A DNA stretch of 64,000 bases from Candidatus Spongiisociaceae bacterium (GTDB lineage: Bacteria; Actinomycetota; Acidimicrobiia; Spongiisociales; Spongiisociaceae), in NCBI GenBank assembly GCA_965262915.1, contig OZ253564.1:2304001-2368000 (forward strand). Direction: 5' to 3'. Under the pieces are notes generated by a model. The model ran no database searches. It was not told where the DNA came from and worked only from the letters and a program-made list of their open reading frames with translations. Shown in pieces: positions 23,001-36,448 of the stretch. Positions within the stretch are counted from its first letter, which is position 1. The number at the start of each line of letters is the position of its first letter. A program made the translations under genes and the position numbers.

Positions 23001-25606
23001 AGTTCCGCGTCTTCCCATGGGTCCTTCAGGCACACGGCGCCGTTGTCGAACATGATGAGATTGCCGTTGGGCAGGATCTCCGCGGCGTGCTGCCCGCAGA
23101 ACTCCCCTTCGGGATCGTTGACGACGGCCAACGGCGGCGGGCCGATGTCGCGGGCCTCCCACTCCGCATCGCTCAGGTTGCTGCGGCCCACACGCCACAC
23201 GACCTTGTGCTCAGCCGGGTGGTCCGGATCGATCCGCAACACCGTGGAGCAGCCCCGGAACGAGGCGATGATGTGCCCGTGCACCATCTGCAGCGAGTTG
23301 ATGTGGGCGTAGCCGTCCGGGAAGCGGTGCTGGGCGCAGTCCTCGAGGGGGATGTTGCCCCATGAGTTCCAGGTGAACACCGCCCGCGGAAAGAGGCCCG
23401 GCGTGACGATCTGGATGGCAGAGTCCTTGATTTGCTGCGGTTGGACGCTGTCGACGCTTGGGTGTTCGAACGTCAGGCCGCTGAGGTCGCGCATGGCCGG
23501 CTCGTAGGCCATGAGCAGGTAGTTCCCGTTCTCCAGAACCCGGAAGTCATGGAGGTCGGTGGTCGCCAACGGATCCACGGTAGCTGCGAAGACCCCGCTG
23601 CCATGCAGGATCTTCAGGTTCTCGTCTAGGACGACCCATCCCCGACGGTGTCTGATCCATGCGGACGGTCCCGTGTAGGAGTATCGATACTCAAGGTCGT
23701 TGCCGGCCCGGTGGACCCGGAAGTGACCGCCCGCTTGGCCATCGATCTTCCGATGGAATCTCGGGACGGCGTTGTTGTCCACAATGGCCAGGTAGGAACC
23801 CCGAGTGAACATGATGAGATCCTCGATGACGCCGGTGGCGCCCGCTGCTCTTGTCGCCGTCGTGTTCCCCAGGTCGCCCGCGAGGCAGTGAACGACATAG
23901 GTCGTGCTCGCCCCGTCGCCGCCCGTGACGGCGATCTCGACGTCGCTCTCCGCATGCACCAGCACGTCGATGGGGTTCCCGCTCTCGACGACGCTGTCCA
24001 CATGCACCGGCACGTCGATGGGGCTCCCGCTCTCGACCTGGACGCCGTTGACCGCCAACCGGGCGCCGGGCGCCGCCCAAGCGGTCAGTGTCATCGTGTC
24101 GTCGGCCGGCGTATACAGATCGCCGTCGTCGGTGCAGCCGACGGCGTAGTGGAGAGTCTCCGCGTCGAATGCGGGCTTCATCACGCGCGGAAACGCGTCG
24201 CCTACGGAGTTCGCCGAGTCGCTGGTGGTGGCCGTCAGTCCGCTGAGCAACTGTGCTGTCACTACGTTCGGCGTCACCGCCTGGGCGGTCTGGCCGGCGC
24301 CGTGACCGTCGGTGTAGGTCGCGCTCACCCGCAGGTATTGCCCCGCGTCGGCAGCGGCCGGCGTGTGACTGGCCGATGTCGCCGCGCCGATCTCGGTCCA
24401 GGCGTTGCGGCCCGCCGATCGCTCCCAGGTCCAGGTGATGTCGACAACGTCGCCGTCGGGGTCGCTGACGCCGGCGGTCAGCGCCTCGCCCAGCCTGGGC
24501 CGCAGCGAGCCCAGATTCAACGTCCCGGCCTCGTTCTGATCGGCAACGGTGACGGTTGCGGCCAGGCTGACCGAGCCGGTTCCGTCCGAAGCTGTCACCG
24601 TCAGCGCGTACGCGCCGTTCGTGTCCGCGTCCGCCGGCGACTCATAGTCGGGCAGCGCGAGGAATCTGAGGACGCCGCCCTCGATGGAGAACGCGCCGCG
24701 GTCGGCGCCCGACGACGACCAGGCAACACCCCCTGCGTCCTCGGGCGAGGAGGCGGTGTAGGTGGCCACGCGCGTCGCGTCGTTCTCGGCGAAGGTCACC
24801 TCCGTCGGCCCGGTCACCGCCGACAGCAGTTCGGTGACGTTGATGACATCGATGGTGACCGCGATGTCAGTTGAGCTCTCGGAGTCCGTGGCGGTGACCG
24901 TCACCTCGTAGCGGGAGTTGGTCTCGTAGTCGAGAGCGGCTCTGGTCCGGAGCTGGCCCGTCGCAGCAACGATGTCAAAGGAGCCGGAGTCTGCTCCCCC
25001 CAACGAATAGGTGACCGTGCCGCTGCTGTCCGCCACCGTGACCGGCGCGCCGATGTCATGACCCGCGGCCGTGTTCTCAGCCACGCTGCGGGCCGTGCTC
25101 GCCGACTGCAGCGCGAACGCCACGCCACGGATCGTGTCCCCCACCGTCACCGCAGTCAGGGAGTGCGGGCCCGCAACCGTCACCTCAACGCTCTCAGCGA
25201 GCGGCGCGCCGTCCTTTGAGCAGATCGCTCCCGCATCAGCGCACGGCCTCGTTGGCAGCCTCACCACCACGTCGCCGAGGTGGCCCTCATCAGGCTCCAC
25301 GGTGATCGTCCACTGCGTGTCGCTGCCCGGCGCCACACGACGCGCGCCACGCACGGAAGCGCCCTCCACCCTGAACGCATTATCGCGCAGCGTCAGATAG
25401 CTCACCGCCAGTTCAGCACCGACGAACCTCAACCCCAGCTCGAACACCGAACCATCATGAGTCGAAGGCACATCAAAGAACTCCGCGCTGAACCCCCCGG
25501 TGCCACTCGCCCGATCCGGAACAGCCACCACCAACGCCGCCAGCGCCAACACCGTCACCCAAGCACACAGCGGGTGCCAACCCCTCATGCTCCACCACCC
25601 CCACAT
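20063..25606 (-). CDS. Giant surface protein: cadherin-like repeats, arylsulfotransferase-like propeller, Calx-beta repeats, three SLH-like repeats; in-frame TAG at 20618-20620 separates the anchor
   Basis: LDYET cadherin motifs; DLHDF, YAHINS and FCGQH; TFDAGET; ...LTV*GDITDHQFVNEIIWLA...RAQMASFL is in frame with ORF 20063-20500. Confidence 0.8.
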
Positions 25607-25842
25607 CCAATAGAAACTCCCCTCCCGAATCCTGGAGGGTTGGTTGGGCTACGTTGGCTAGTTAGTGATCTACTGGGCCGGAGCATGTTGGCTGAACATG
25701 TCGTTGGCGGAGTGGAGCCACATGACCATCATGGGCCGAACGCGAGTCGGGGGTCGTCGATTTGCCACGCAAGTGGGGATCACAGCCCCAACGACCGGGT
25801 CAGGAACGACGCCATCTAGGGCGTTAGAGCAGAAAGCAAATC

Positions 25843-25859
25843 GGGGGGGGGGGGGGGGG
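25843..25859. repeat. G17 homopolymer upstream of the surface-protein gene
   Basis: 17 consecutive G about 240 bp 5' of the 25606 start. Confidence 0.85.
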
Positions 25860-25907
25860 TGATCTGCTTGTCGAATGGATTCTTGGGTGGTTCGGCCTCT
25901 GGGGTTG

Positions 25908-26500
<593 letters not shown>

Positions 26501-26800
26501 AGCGCGGCCCGACCCCAGGATCTGGTAACCCGCGGTGGTTGGTATCACCACCCATCAGTTCGTCATGCTTCCATTCTCGACGGGCTGCGCCAGGTTATAG
26601 GCTGTATTCCATTCCAGCGGAGGTCCCGTTTCCGGATCCACGTCCGGGTTCTTGTGTTCTTCAGTTCCTTCCCCTCCTCAAATCTATCGCTCCTCCAACA
26701 CCCCGACAGACAGAGAAGCCTTCGTATTCGGCGCAGGGCCAAGAGAAATCGAGGGGCGGGGACGGCGATGTGGGTTACTGAGGGATTCCTATCCAGGTAG

Positions 26801-27853
26801 TCACCAGGCTGCTGCCTGGTCGATGAGTTCGGGTGTGACAGTATCGAATCCACCGTTACAAGCGTCGGCGACGGCCACATGGACGGTACGGATGACATCT
26901 CGGAGAACACCTGGGAACTCGGTCTGGTATAGCTCGTAGAGGCGGTCAACTGCGGTGGGGCTGATGATTGCCCCGAGTGGCGGCGCTGTGGTGGGGTCGT
27001 CCGACGTGTGAGCAATGACTCGTGAGTGGATCACCTTACGGAGCGCGTTTGGCGAGGTTAGCTGTGGGATATTGACACGAAGCTCGATGCTGGCGCGAAG
27101 GTGGTCGGCAAGTTCCGTGTCTTTCAGGTAGTTCGTGTGGACGGCCACCACCATGCCGGTGGGGAGTTGCCGTAGTTCCGGCAAGATCGTGCCGAAGAAG
27201 GCGAGGGCAAGGTCTTGGTAACTGACGCTGCTGCCCACGTTGCGGAACCAGCGATCCGTATCGTCGAATACCAACACTGGCATGAGATCATCTTTTTGAA
27301 GGATGGTGAGCAGTTGGTGAACTACTTCAAGAGTCGCCTGGGTTGTCACCGCTAGCTCGGTGTTTGGCGGCACTTGGCGTTTCACGTTAGCTTGTATGCC
27401 AATGCCCATCCAGTTACCTCCGAGAGTAAGCCCGCTGGTCCGACTTGTGGACGTTACAAGGCGTCTTGTAGAGGCTGATCGAAGGGCTTCGACCCGTTCC
27501 GAGTCGTCGAGGTCGGCGTGGTTGACCAGTGTCTGGATGATGAGCCCGGCCACGGCCTGGACACTGGTCACTGTTGCGGCCGGCTCTCCGAAGACCGGAA
27601 TCGGAATGGGGGCTATTCCTGGTATGGCCGGGCCGAGAACGTGTTCGATGAGGCTTGACTTCCCAGACCCGGAACGCCCCACGATGGCTATGCGTTCACC
27701 CCTCTGAGCTGCGCCGGCCAGGCGATCTTCGGGCGATGTCCCGGGTGCCAACTGATCGAAGGGTACGTGATAGACGCCAAGGTCAAGGCGGATAGGTGAT
27801 GGGTCGAAGGCGTGGGCGGCCTGAAGTCGTCGGAGAAGGCGAAGGCTCATCAC
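26801..27853 (-). CDS. P-loop ATPase (AAA+/STAND-like)
   Basis: Walker A GRSGSGKSS, Walker B VLVFDDTDR, C-terminal helical lid GVLRDVI; overlaps the upstream gene (ATGA). Confidence 0.75.
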   Translation of the reverse strand: MMSLRLLRRLQAAHAFDPSPIRLDLGVYHVPFDQLAPGTSPEDRLAGAAQRGERIAIVGRSGSGKSSLIEHVLGPAIPGIAPIPIPVFGEPAATVTSVQAVAGLIIQTLVNHADLDDSERVEALRSASTRRLVTSTSRTSGLTLGGNWMGIGIQANVKRQVPPNTELAVTTQATLEVVHQLLTILQKDDLMPVLVFDDTDRWFRNVGSSVSYQDLALAFFGTILPELRQLPTGMVVAVHTNYLKDTELADHLRASIELRVNIPQLTSPNALRKVIHSRVIAHTSDDPTTAPPLGAIISPTAVDRLYELYQTEFPGVLRDVIRTVHVAVADACNGGFDTVTPELIDQAAAW

Positions 27854-28893
27854 CCCTCCTCATGGCTGAGACGAGTTGCGTAGAGCTTGCGTGGACGGCC
27901 GGGGTGGTGCGTCTTCTCATTGGAGGCATGCACGAGCCCGGCGTCTTCGAGGCGACGGAGTACCTGTGTAGCCCGCGCCCGGGTGATGTCCAGGGACTCG
28001 AGCAACTTCTCGTCGGAGGCGCTGGTAGGTCCATGTCTTGTGAGGTACCGAACCGCAAGCCCTTCCGTCGCACCGAGTTCGGCGGCGGAGGTCACGAGCC
28101 GATCGGCAACCAAGGCCTCCTCCGAGCTACGGAGAACGACGTCCCGTGCCGCTGCAAGGAGTCGACGAGGGTTGCCATCGCCTTGTTCGATTATTCGGTC
28201 CCGGTTGGAGATGATCCGTACCCTCGCTTCTCCATCATCGATATCTGCTCCAGCCAACCGAGCTTGGAGGAGACCCAGGGACGCGGCCGTATCCAAGGGG
28301 CCGAGCGTTAGAACCGAATCGAAGAAAGCATCGGCCGGCGGTTCCAGGTATCGAGACCGCCGGGTCGCCTGTCCACAGACCACCCATCGAAACGGCATCT
28401 GCCATATGTCGTCGCGATAGCGCCCGAACATCTCATGGACCAGCTCCGGTTCGCGCATCTCGTCGAGGATGATGATCGGTCGCCGACCTTCCGATTCCGA
28501 CACCCGCGCGCTCAAGGCTCTCATGTCTCGGAGCGGGTCAGGATCCCCCTCCTGTACGCGAACCCGAGACAACGCCAAGTGAGCCACCAGCTGGTCACGG
28601 CTGTACTCCGGTGGGCGAGGTCCGTCCATCGCGATACGAATTTCCGTGACGAGTTCGGTCATATCTTCGGCCCAGCCGGCGTTGATGTAGTAACTTGCGC
28701 GTCCGGTATCTTCGAGCCGGCGCTGGTGTTGACGCACCAGCGAGGTTGACCCCATGCCTCGTTCCCCCAGCACGAGGACATTGAAATCGAGTTGGGCCGA
28801 CCGTTCCAGATGACCAAGTTCTGCAGTACGATCAACGAACAGTCCCCGATCGGCATCGGAGCCGGTCAGCGGACGTTGGCTCAGTAGAAGCAT
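27850..28893 (-). CDS. P-loop ATPase-like protein with degenerate Walker A and C-terminal winged HTH
   Basis: LFVDRTAEL, GERGMGSTS (no Lys), IIILDE, GNPRRLL, then RARATQVLRRLEDAGLV...GRPRKLY. Confidence 0.75.
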   Translation of the reverse strand: MLLLSQRPLTGSDADRGLFVDRTAELGHLERSAQLDFNVLVLGERGMGSTSLVRQHQRRLEDTGRASYYINAGWAEDMTELVTEIRIAMDGPRPPEYSRDQLVAHLALSRVRVQEGDPDPLRDMRALSARVSESEGRRPIIILDEMREPELVHEMFGRYRDDIWQMPFRWVVCGQATRRSRYLEPPADAFFDSVLTLGPLDTAASLGLLQARLAGADIDDGEARVRIISNRDRIIEQGDGNPRRLLAAARDVVLRSSEEALVADRLVTSAAELGATEGLAVRYLTRHGPTSASDEKLLESLDITRARATQVLRRLEDAGLVHASNEKTHHPGRPRKLYATRLSHEEG

Positions 28894-29525
28894 TACTCAC
28901 ATATCTTACTGTAAGTTTTGTTAGAACACCAGGAGGGCCCGAGCCGCTCTCACTCTCGGCGAGTCGTCCCCTAAGTCTTTCAGTGGCGAAGGGCGTAACC
29001 GCGCTTCAGGGGGCACGCCTCCAACGGACAGCTACACGCCGAATCGGGGATCATCACCCACGCCGGCGAAGACCTGGACGGGGACGACCTGTGGCGCCGG
29101 CTGTCCTGAGACGCCCGGCCCTGCCTAACCCTCTCCTGAGCCCCTCCAGCGGAGGGTTACTCCGTTGGCCGCCGCTCGCCGGATTCGTAACCGTCCTCCT
29201 CGGGCAGCGGGCGTAAGGCGACGAGGTCGCCGTCGGCCTGGGGAGGACGGGCTAGCCCCCCGGTCTCGACTTCTAGACTTTTCGAGCCGCCCGTTTCGGG
29301 CGGAAACACCCCGAAACCAGCCTCCAGATCGTTAACCAATATAACCCAAACCCCTAGAAGCCGATTTAGCGGGCCGGGAGATCCCGCCGTGACCCGAACC
29401 ACCCTACGGACGCCAGTTTGCACAAAGAAACCCAGACGGGGAAGGCACGCCAAGGCGGGGGTACCCGCCCCGGCAGGGCCAGGTCGAGTATCTACACTCG
29501 CCTTTGCCGACGAATCCCCGGGTCC

Positions 29526-29777
29526 GCGAAAGCCACCAGGTATTTCAAAGAACAGGTACTCCGCAAACGGCCCTACATCGACCCGGCCTGGTGTACCCAG
29601 ATCGTGTCTGCACCACTCCACCGAGAGGAACAACCCGACGGCCCTGTACGCCTGTGGGGGAAAGTAGAACGCCCCGGCGAGACAACACGTCGGTTTCTGC
29701 GGGTTGTTACATTGGAGGACGGCGAAACCATCCAGAATGCCTTCTTTGATCGGCGGTTCCGAAAGGACGATCCATGA
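29526..29777 (+). CDS. Small toxin-like partner of DUF2283; start codon apparently mutated (GCG)
   Basis: (A)KATRYFKEQVLRKRPYIDPAWC...FLRVVTLEDGETIQNAFFDRRF; overlaps the next gene (ATGA). Confidence 0.55.
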   Translation, partial: AKATRYFKEQVLRKRPYIDPAWCTQIVSAPLHREEQPDGPVRLWGKVERPGETTRRFLRVVTLEDGETIQNAFFDRRFRKDDP

Positions 29778-29989
29778 AGCTTCACTACTACCCGGAAACC
29801 GACAGCCTCTACATCGAGTTCAAACCGACCCCGGGAACAGAAACCCGCGAGGTAGTCGTTGGGCTGAACGTAGACCTCGACGCCGCCGGCGAGTTGGTCG
29901 GCTTCGACATAGACCACGCCTCGAAGCTGGTGGACCTCTCAACACTCGAAACCGAATCGCTATCCCTGCGTAACCCCGCTGCTATCTGA
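29774..29989 (+). CDS. DUF2283 protein (putative antitoxin)
   Basis: MKLHYYPETDSLYIEF...LNVDLDAAGELVGFDIDHAS. Confidence 0.85.
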   Translation: MKLHYYPETDSLYIEFKPTPGTETREVVVGLNVDLDAAGELVGFDIDHASKLVDLSTLETESLSLRNPAAI

Positions 29990-30032
29990 AACCCTGAATG
30001 AACGGGTAGCCGTCATCTCATCCGGTCAGGCC

Positions 30033-32713
30033 CTACGGGTTGACGTTGACGTAGTTGGACCGCGCGCCCGCGCCCGCCCCGTTGATGGCCTTCACCCGGT
30101 ACACGTGCTGCGTTCCCGCCGTCACGTCGGTGTCGGTGAAGGTGGTCGCCGTGCTGCCCGTGTTTCCCACGTACACCAGCAGCGTCTTCTCCCCCTCGTA
30201 GGGACGCCGCCGCAGGATCAGGTAGCCGCTGACCGAATCGTCGTCCGGCGCCTGCCAGGTCAGGGTCACCGAGCCGTCGTCGTTCACCGTGGCCGTCAGG
30301 TTCCGGGGCGCGGGCGGTGGCTCCGCCGGGTCGGACTCCGCCACCGCCTCCGCCACCGCCGCCGTGGCCGCGCTGGTCAGGGTCTCCGCGTTCCCCGCGT
30401 CGTCGGTGAAGGAGACCCTCACCCGGACGGCCTTGCCCGCAACGGAATCTCTCAGGGTGTATCTGGAGCCCGTTGCCCCCTGGATGGCCGCCCCACCGGC
30501 CAGCCACTGGTAGCTGAACGACACGTTGCTCAGGCCGTCGGCGTCGGCGATGCCCGACGTGTCCGCCGTCAGCCTCTCGCCCACCTGGGCCGTGCCCCTG
30601 ATGCTGGGCGCTCCCGCGGCCGGACTGTTCTCCGGCTGCGGTTCATCCTGCTGCTCCTCTTCCTCCGCTACCGGACCGGCGACGGTCAACTCCGTCCGGT
30701 TGGACAGCATCCCCCCGTCCTCGGCGCAGACCGCCCCCTGGTTGTCGCAGTCGTTCGTGACGGGCAGCGCGACCGTGACTTCGTTGTCGCCGTTGGGCTC
30801 AACCGTAATCTCCCAGCGGACGTTGCTGCCCTTATCCAGCCGCCGCGCCTGCGTCACCCGGCCGCCCGTGACCTCGAAGATATGGTCCCGCAGCTTCTCG
30901 TAGCCGATGGGGAACTCCTCGCTGAAGCGCAACTCGAAGGTGAAGGCGCTCTCCCCGTCGTGGGATGATGGCACCTCTAGGAACTCCGCCGTCAGCAGTT
31001 CCGGGGCCGCTTCAACCGCTGCCGTGGCCGCGCTGGTCAGCGTCTCCGCGTTCCCCGCGTTGTCGGTGAAGCTCACCCGGACCTGGATGCTCAGCCCCTG
31101 GTCGGCTTCGGTGAGGGTGTAGCTGGAACCCGTGGCGCCGTCGATGTCCAACCCGCCGGCAATCCACTGGTAAGTGAAGGTGGCGTCGTCCAGGCCGTCG
31201 GCGTCGGCTATCCCGGATGGGTCCGCCAACAAGGTTTCGCCTACCTGGGCCGTGCCCGTGATGGCCGGCGCGCCGCCGGCCGGACTGTTCTCCGCCTCCA
31301 GAGCCTGTTGCTGTTCGTCGTTCTCCTCTTCCACAACCTGCACATCCTGAGGGCCGGGGACGGTCAGCTTCGCCAGGTGAGAAAAGGGCCTGCCGTCCTC
31401 CGTGCAGTAGATGGTGCCGTAGCTGCAGACGCCGCTGGTGTTAAGGCCGACGGTTACTGCGCCGTCGGAGTTCGGCAACACCGTGATCTCCCACAGGTCG
31501 TTGCGCCCGTCCACCCGCTTGGCATACTTGCTCGGCCAGGCGCCGTTGACCCACATACCTGGGCGCAGGTCCGCGTAGCCTGTGGGGATGCCCCCGTTCC
31601 AGACGAAGTGGAACCTGTGCGGGGCGATGTCATCGCTGAAGACGATGCGGAAGGTGAAGGGGGCCGTTCCGTCGTGGTACGGCGGGGCCCCCTCGAAGTA
31701 GGCGCCTAGGCCAAAGATCGAGCCCGCCTGCGAATCTTGCTGCCCGGAGACGGGTAGTGGGTCGACTGCCGTAATGCTGTATGTCCGAACTGGCCCTTCT
31801 TCGACGTTGTCTGGAGAGTTGTAGTCGTATATCGGGAGCATGGCCGTGCCCGAGTGGCAAGCGATCATCCAGACCTTTGAGCCCATGCCAACGGTCATTG
31901 TCTCGAATGAGGCCCTCTCCTCGGAACGGCAGAATGTTTCTGGATCGGGCGGGTAACGCGGCGGGAAACCTTGCTCGATCATTTCTGCTGAGACGGAACT
32001 GAACCAAGCATCAACCAGCAGCCGGTCCGTGTTCGGGCCGCGACCACCGAAAAGGACGTTTACGCACCCTCCCCCTGCAACTGTCAGGGTGTACTCCGTC
32101 CACACACCCACCGTCATTGTGGACGGATCAGGCTCGAACCACGCGTCAGTCACTGTGCTCACACCGGTCGGGAACGCTCCGATTTCGCACCCGGTTGAGT
32201 CGTCCTCAGGGTCCTGGGACTCGCTGGCAACGGTGGTGCCCTGGGCCAGGTTCGACCAGGGGCTGTCGCCTTCGTGGTTGCGGGCCAGCACCCGCGCCTC
32301 GTAGTCGGTGCCGGGGGTCAGGTCGGTCAGGGTGATGGACAGGCCCGTCCCCTCGTGATCGGCGTCGCTGTTCCACGACGACAGCGGGTCGGTCACCTCC
32401 CGGTACTCGACGTCGTAGTCGGTGATCGCGGGGCGGCCCGCGTTGTCGGGCGCGGTCCATCCCACCACCAGGGAGGTCCGCGTCTGACCTGCTATGGAAA
32501 CCGTCGGGCGGCCCGGTGGCTCTGCCATGTCGGTCACCGTGATGGTCACCGCGATGCTGGCGCTGGCTTCGTGGGGGTCGGCGGCGGTGACGGTGACCGT
32601 GTAGCTCTGCCCCGTCTCGTGGTCCAGGACGGTTCCCTCCCCCACCGTGATCTGGCCGCCGCTGTCGATCTCGAAGGAGCCGGAGTCCGCGCCTCCCAGG
32701 CTGTAGGTCAGCG
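30033..32713 (-). pseudogene. 5'-truncated cadherin/Fn3/Ig-like surface protein
   Basis: The frame is open up to the IS30 end (PLTYSLGGADSGSFEID) with no signal peptide. Fn3 and repeated GAPxIxGTAQVGExL modules are present. Confidence 0.8.
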
Positions 32714-35157
<2,444 letters not shown>

Positions 35158-35580
35158 CACAGCCGCCGACGAGGTCGTGTCAACCACCAGCGCCGGGCTG
35201 CCATGAGCTGCTGCGTCTTCGATCAACCGGCGGATAGGCCCCTCGTCGTTGGGAACCGGGCGGGCGAACAACGGCTCGCCTCGAGCCGACAGCACACAGG
35301 CGTAGTGTTTCCCCTTGGCGATATCAACACCGACGAACACCTCGGGGGTGGGCTGGGGACAATCTTGCATCAGGAGAATCCTTTCCGGTTCGGACGCATG
35401 CGACGCTGCCCGCAGGTACCAACGCCTCAACCACATCTGCGAACCAGCCCCACAATCTCGGTGCATGTCCCCCTCAGAGGTCGCAGGCACCCAACCACGG
35501 CAGGTGGCAACACCCCCCAGGCCATCTCTGTGACAGGGGGACAGAGCCCTGCCCGCCGCGGCGAGCAACCAGCCCCGATA
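35158..35580 (-). mobile_element. IS110-family 5' remnant (non-coding end plus transposase N-terminus 35370-35158)
   Basis: VFVGVDIAKGKHYACVL...VPNDE (DEDD RuvC-like start), cut by IS3. Confidence 0.75.
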
Positions 35581-35821
35581 CTCACACACCAGAGCTACCG
35601 AACAAGGTATAAGGGGGGAAGAGGCGTGATGGCAGATGCCATGGTTGTGGTCTCTCGGATTGGTACATGTACCAGACCTTTGTGTCATTGAGGTGGCAGT
35701 CAAACCTCTTTGGGTAGCAGGATCGCAACAGTTGTCCTCCGGTGAGGTAGCAGCGGTACGATAACAGTTTTCCTCCGGTGAGGGATTATCGGGTGAGGGA
35801 TTATCGGGCCGGAACCTGTGG

Positions 35822-36098
35822 TTGCGGGTATTCGCCCTAGCCCGTGAGTTGGGGAACGTGTGTTTGGCGTGTCCGATGATGGGAATCCGTCATTCCACGT
35901 TCTATCGGTGGAAGTATCAGATGGAACGGCACGGCACCGAGATCCTGCGTCCCGGGGAGCGGCGCCGGCCGCGGACGCCCAACGCGACCAGTCCGCATGT
36001 GGAACATCGGGTGGTGGCGTTCGCGTTGGGTCACCCAGGGTTCGGTCCGGCTCGGATGTCAGCTGAGCCGGACCGAGAAAACTGGGGTGGGACCGTTA
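35822..36098 (+). mobile_element. IS481-family transposase N-terminal fragment
   Basis: LARELGNV...MGIRHSTFYRWK...HPGFGPARMS. Confidence 0.7.
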
Positions 36099-36115
36099 TC
36101 TCATCCGGTCAGGCC

Positions 36116-36448
36116 CTACGGGTCGACGTTGACGTAGTTGGACCGCTCGCCCGCTCCGGCCCCGTTGACGGCCTTCACCCGGTACACGTGCTGTGTTCCC
36201 GCCGTCACGTCGGTGTCGGTGAAGGTGGTCGCTGCGCTTCCCGTGTCCGCCACGTACACCAGCAGCGTCTCTTCCCCCTCGCAGGGACGCCGCCGCAGGA
36301 TCAGGTAGCCGCTGACCGAATCGTCGTCCGGGGCCTCCCAGGTCAGGATCACCGAGCCGTCGGCGTTCGCCGTGGCCGTCAGGTTCGTCGGCGCCGGAGG
36401 CGGCTCCGGCGCCGCCGTGGCCGAGCTGGTCAGCGTCTCGTCGTTCAC
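36116..36448 (-). CDS. Stand-alone Fn3 module, near-identical to the 3' end of the 30033 gene
   Basis: 36099-36390 closely matches 30016-30300, including the 3' flank TAGGGCCTGACCGGATGAGAT. Confidence 0.7.
   Translation of the reverse strand: MNDETLTSSATAAPEPPPAPTNLTATANADGSVILTWEAPDDDSVSGYLILRRRPCEGEETLLVYVADTGSAATTFTDTDVTAGTQHVYRVKAVNGAGAGERSNYVNVDP

Noticed and set aside
17084-24874. Long antisense ORFs (17084-18928, 21539-23365, 23648-24874)
   Set aside because: Shadow ORFs of high-GC coding strands with no recognisable motifs.
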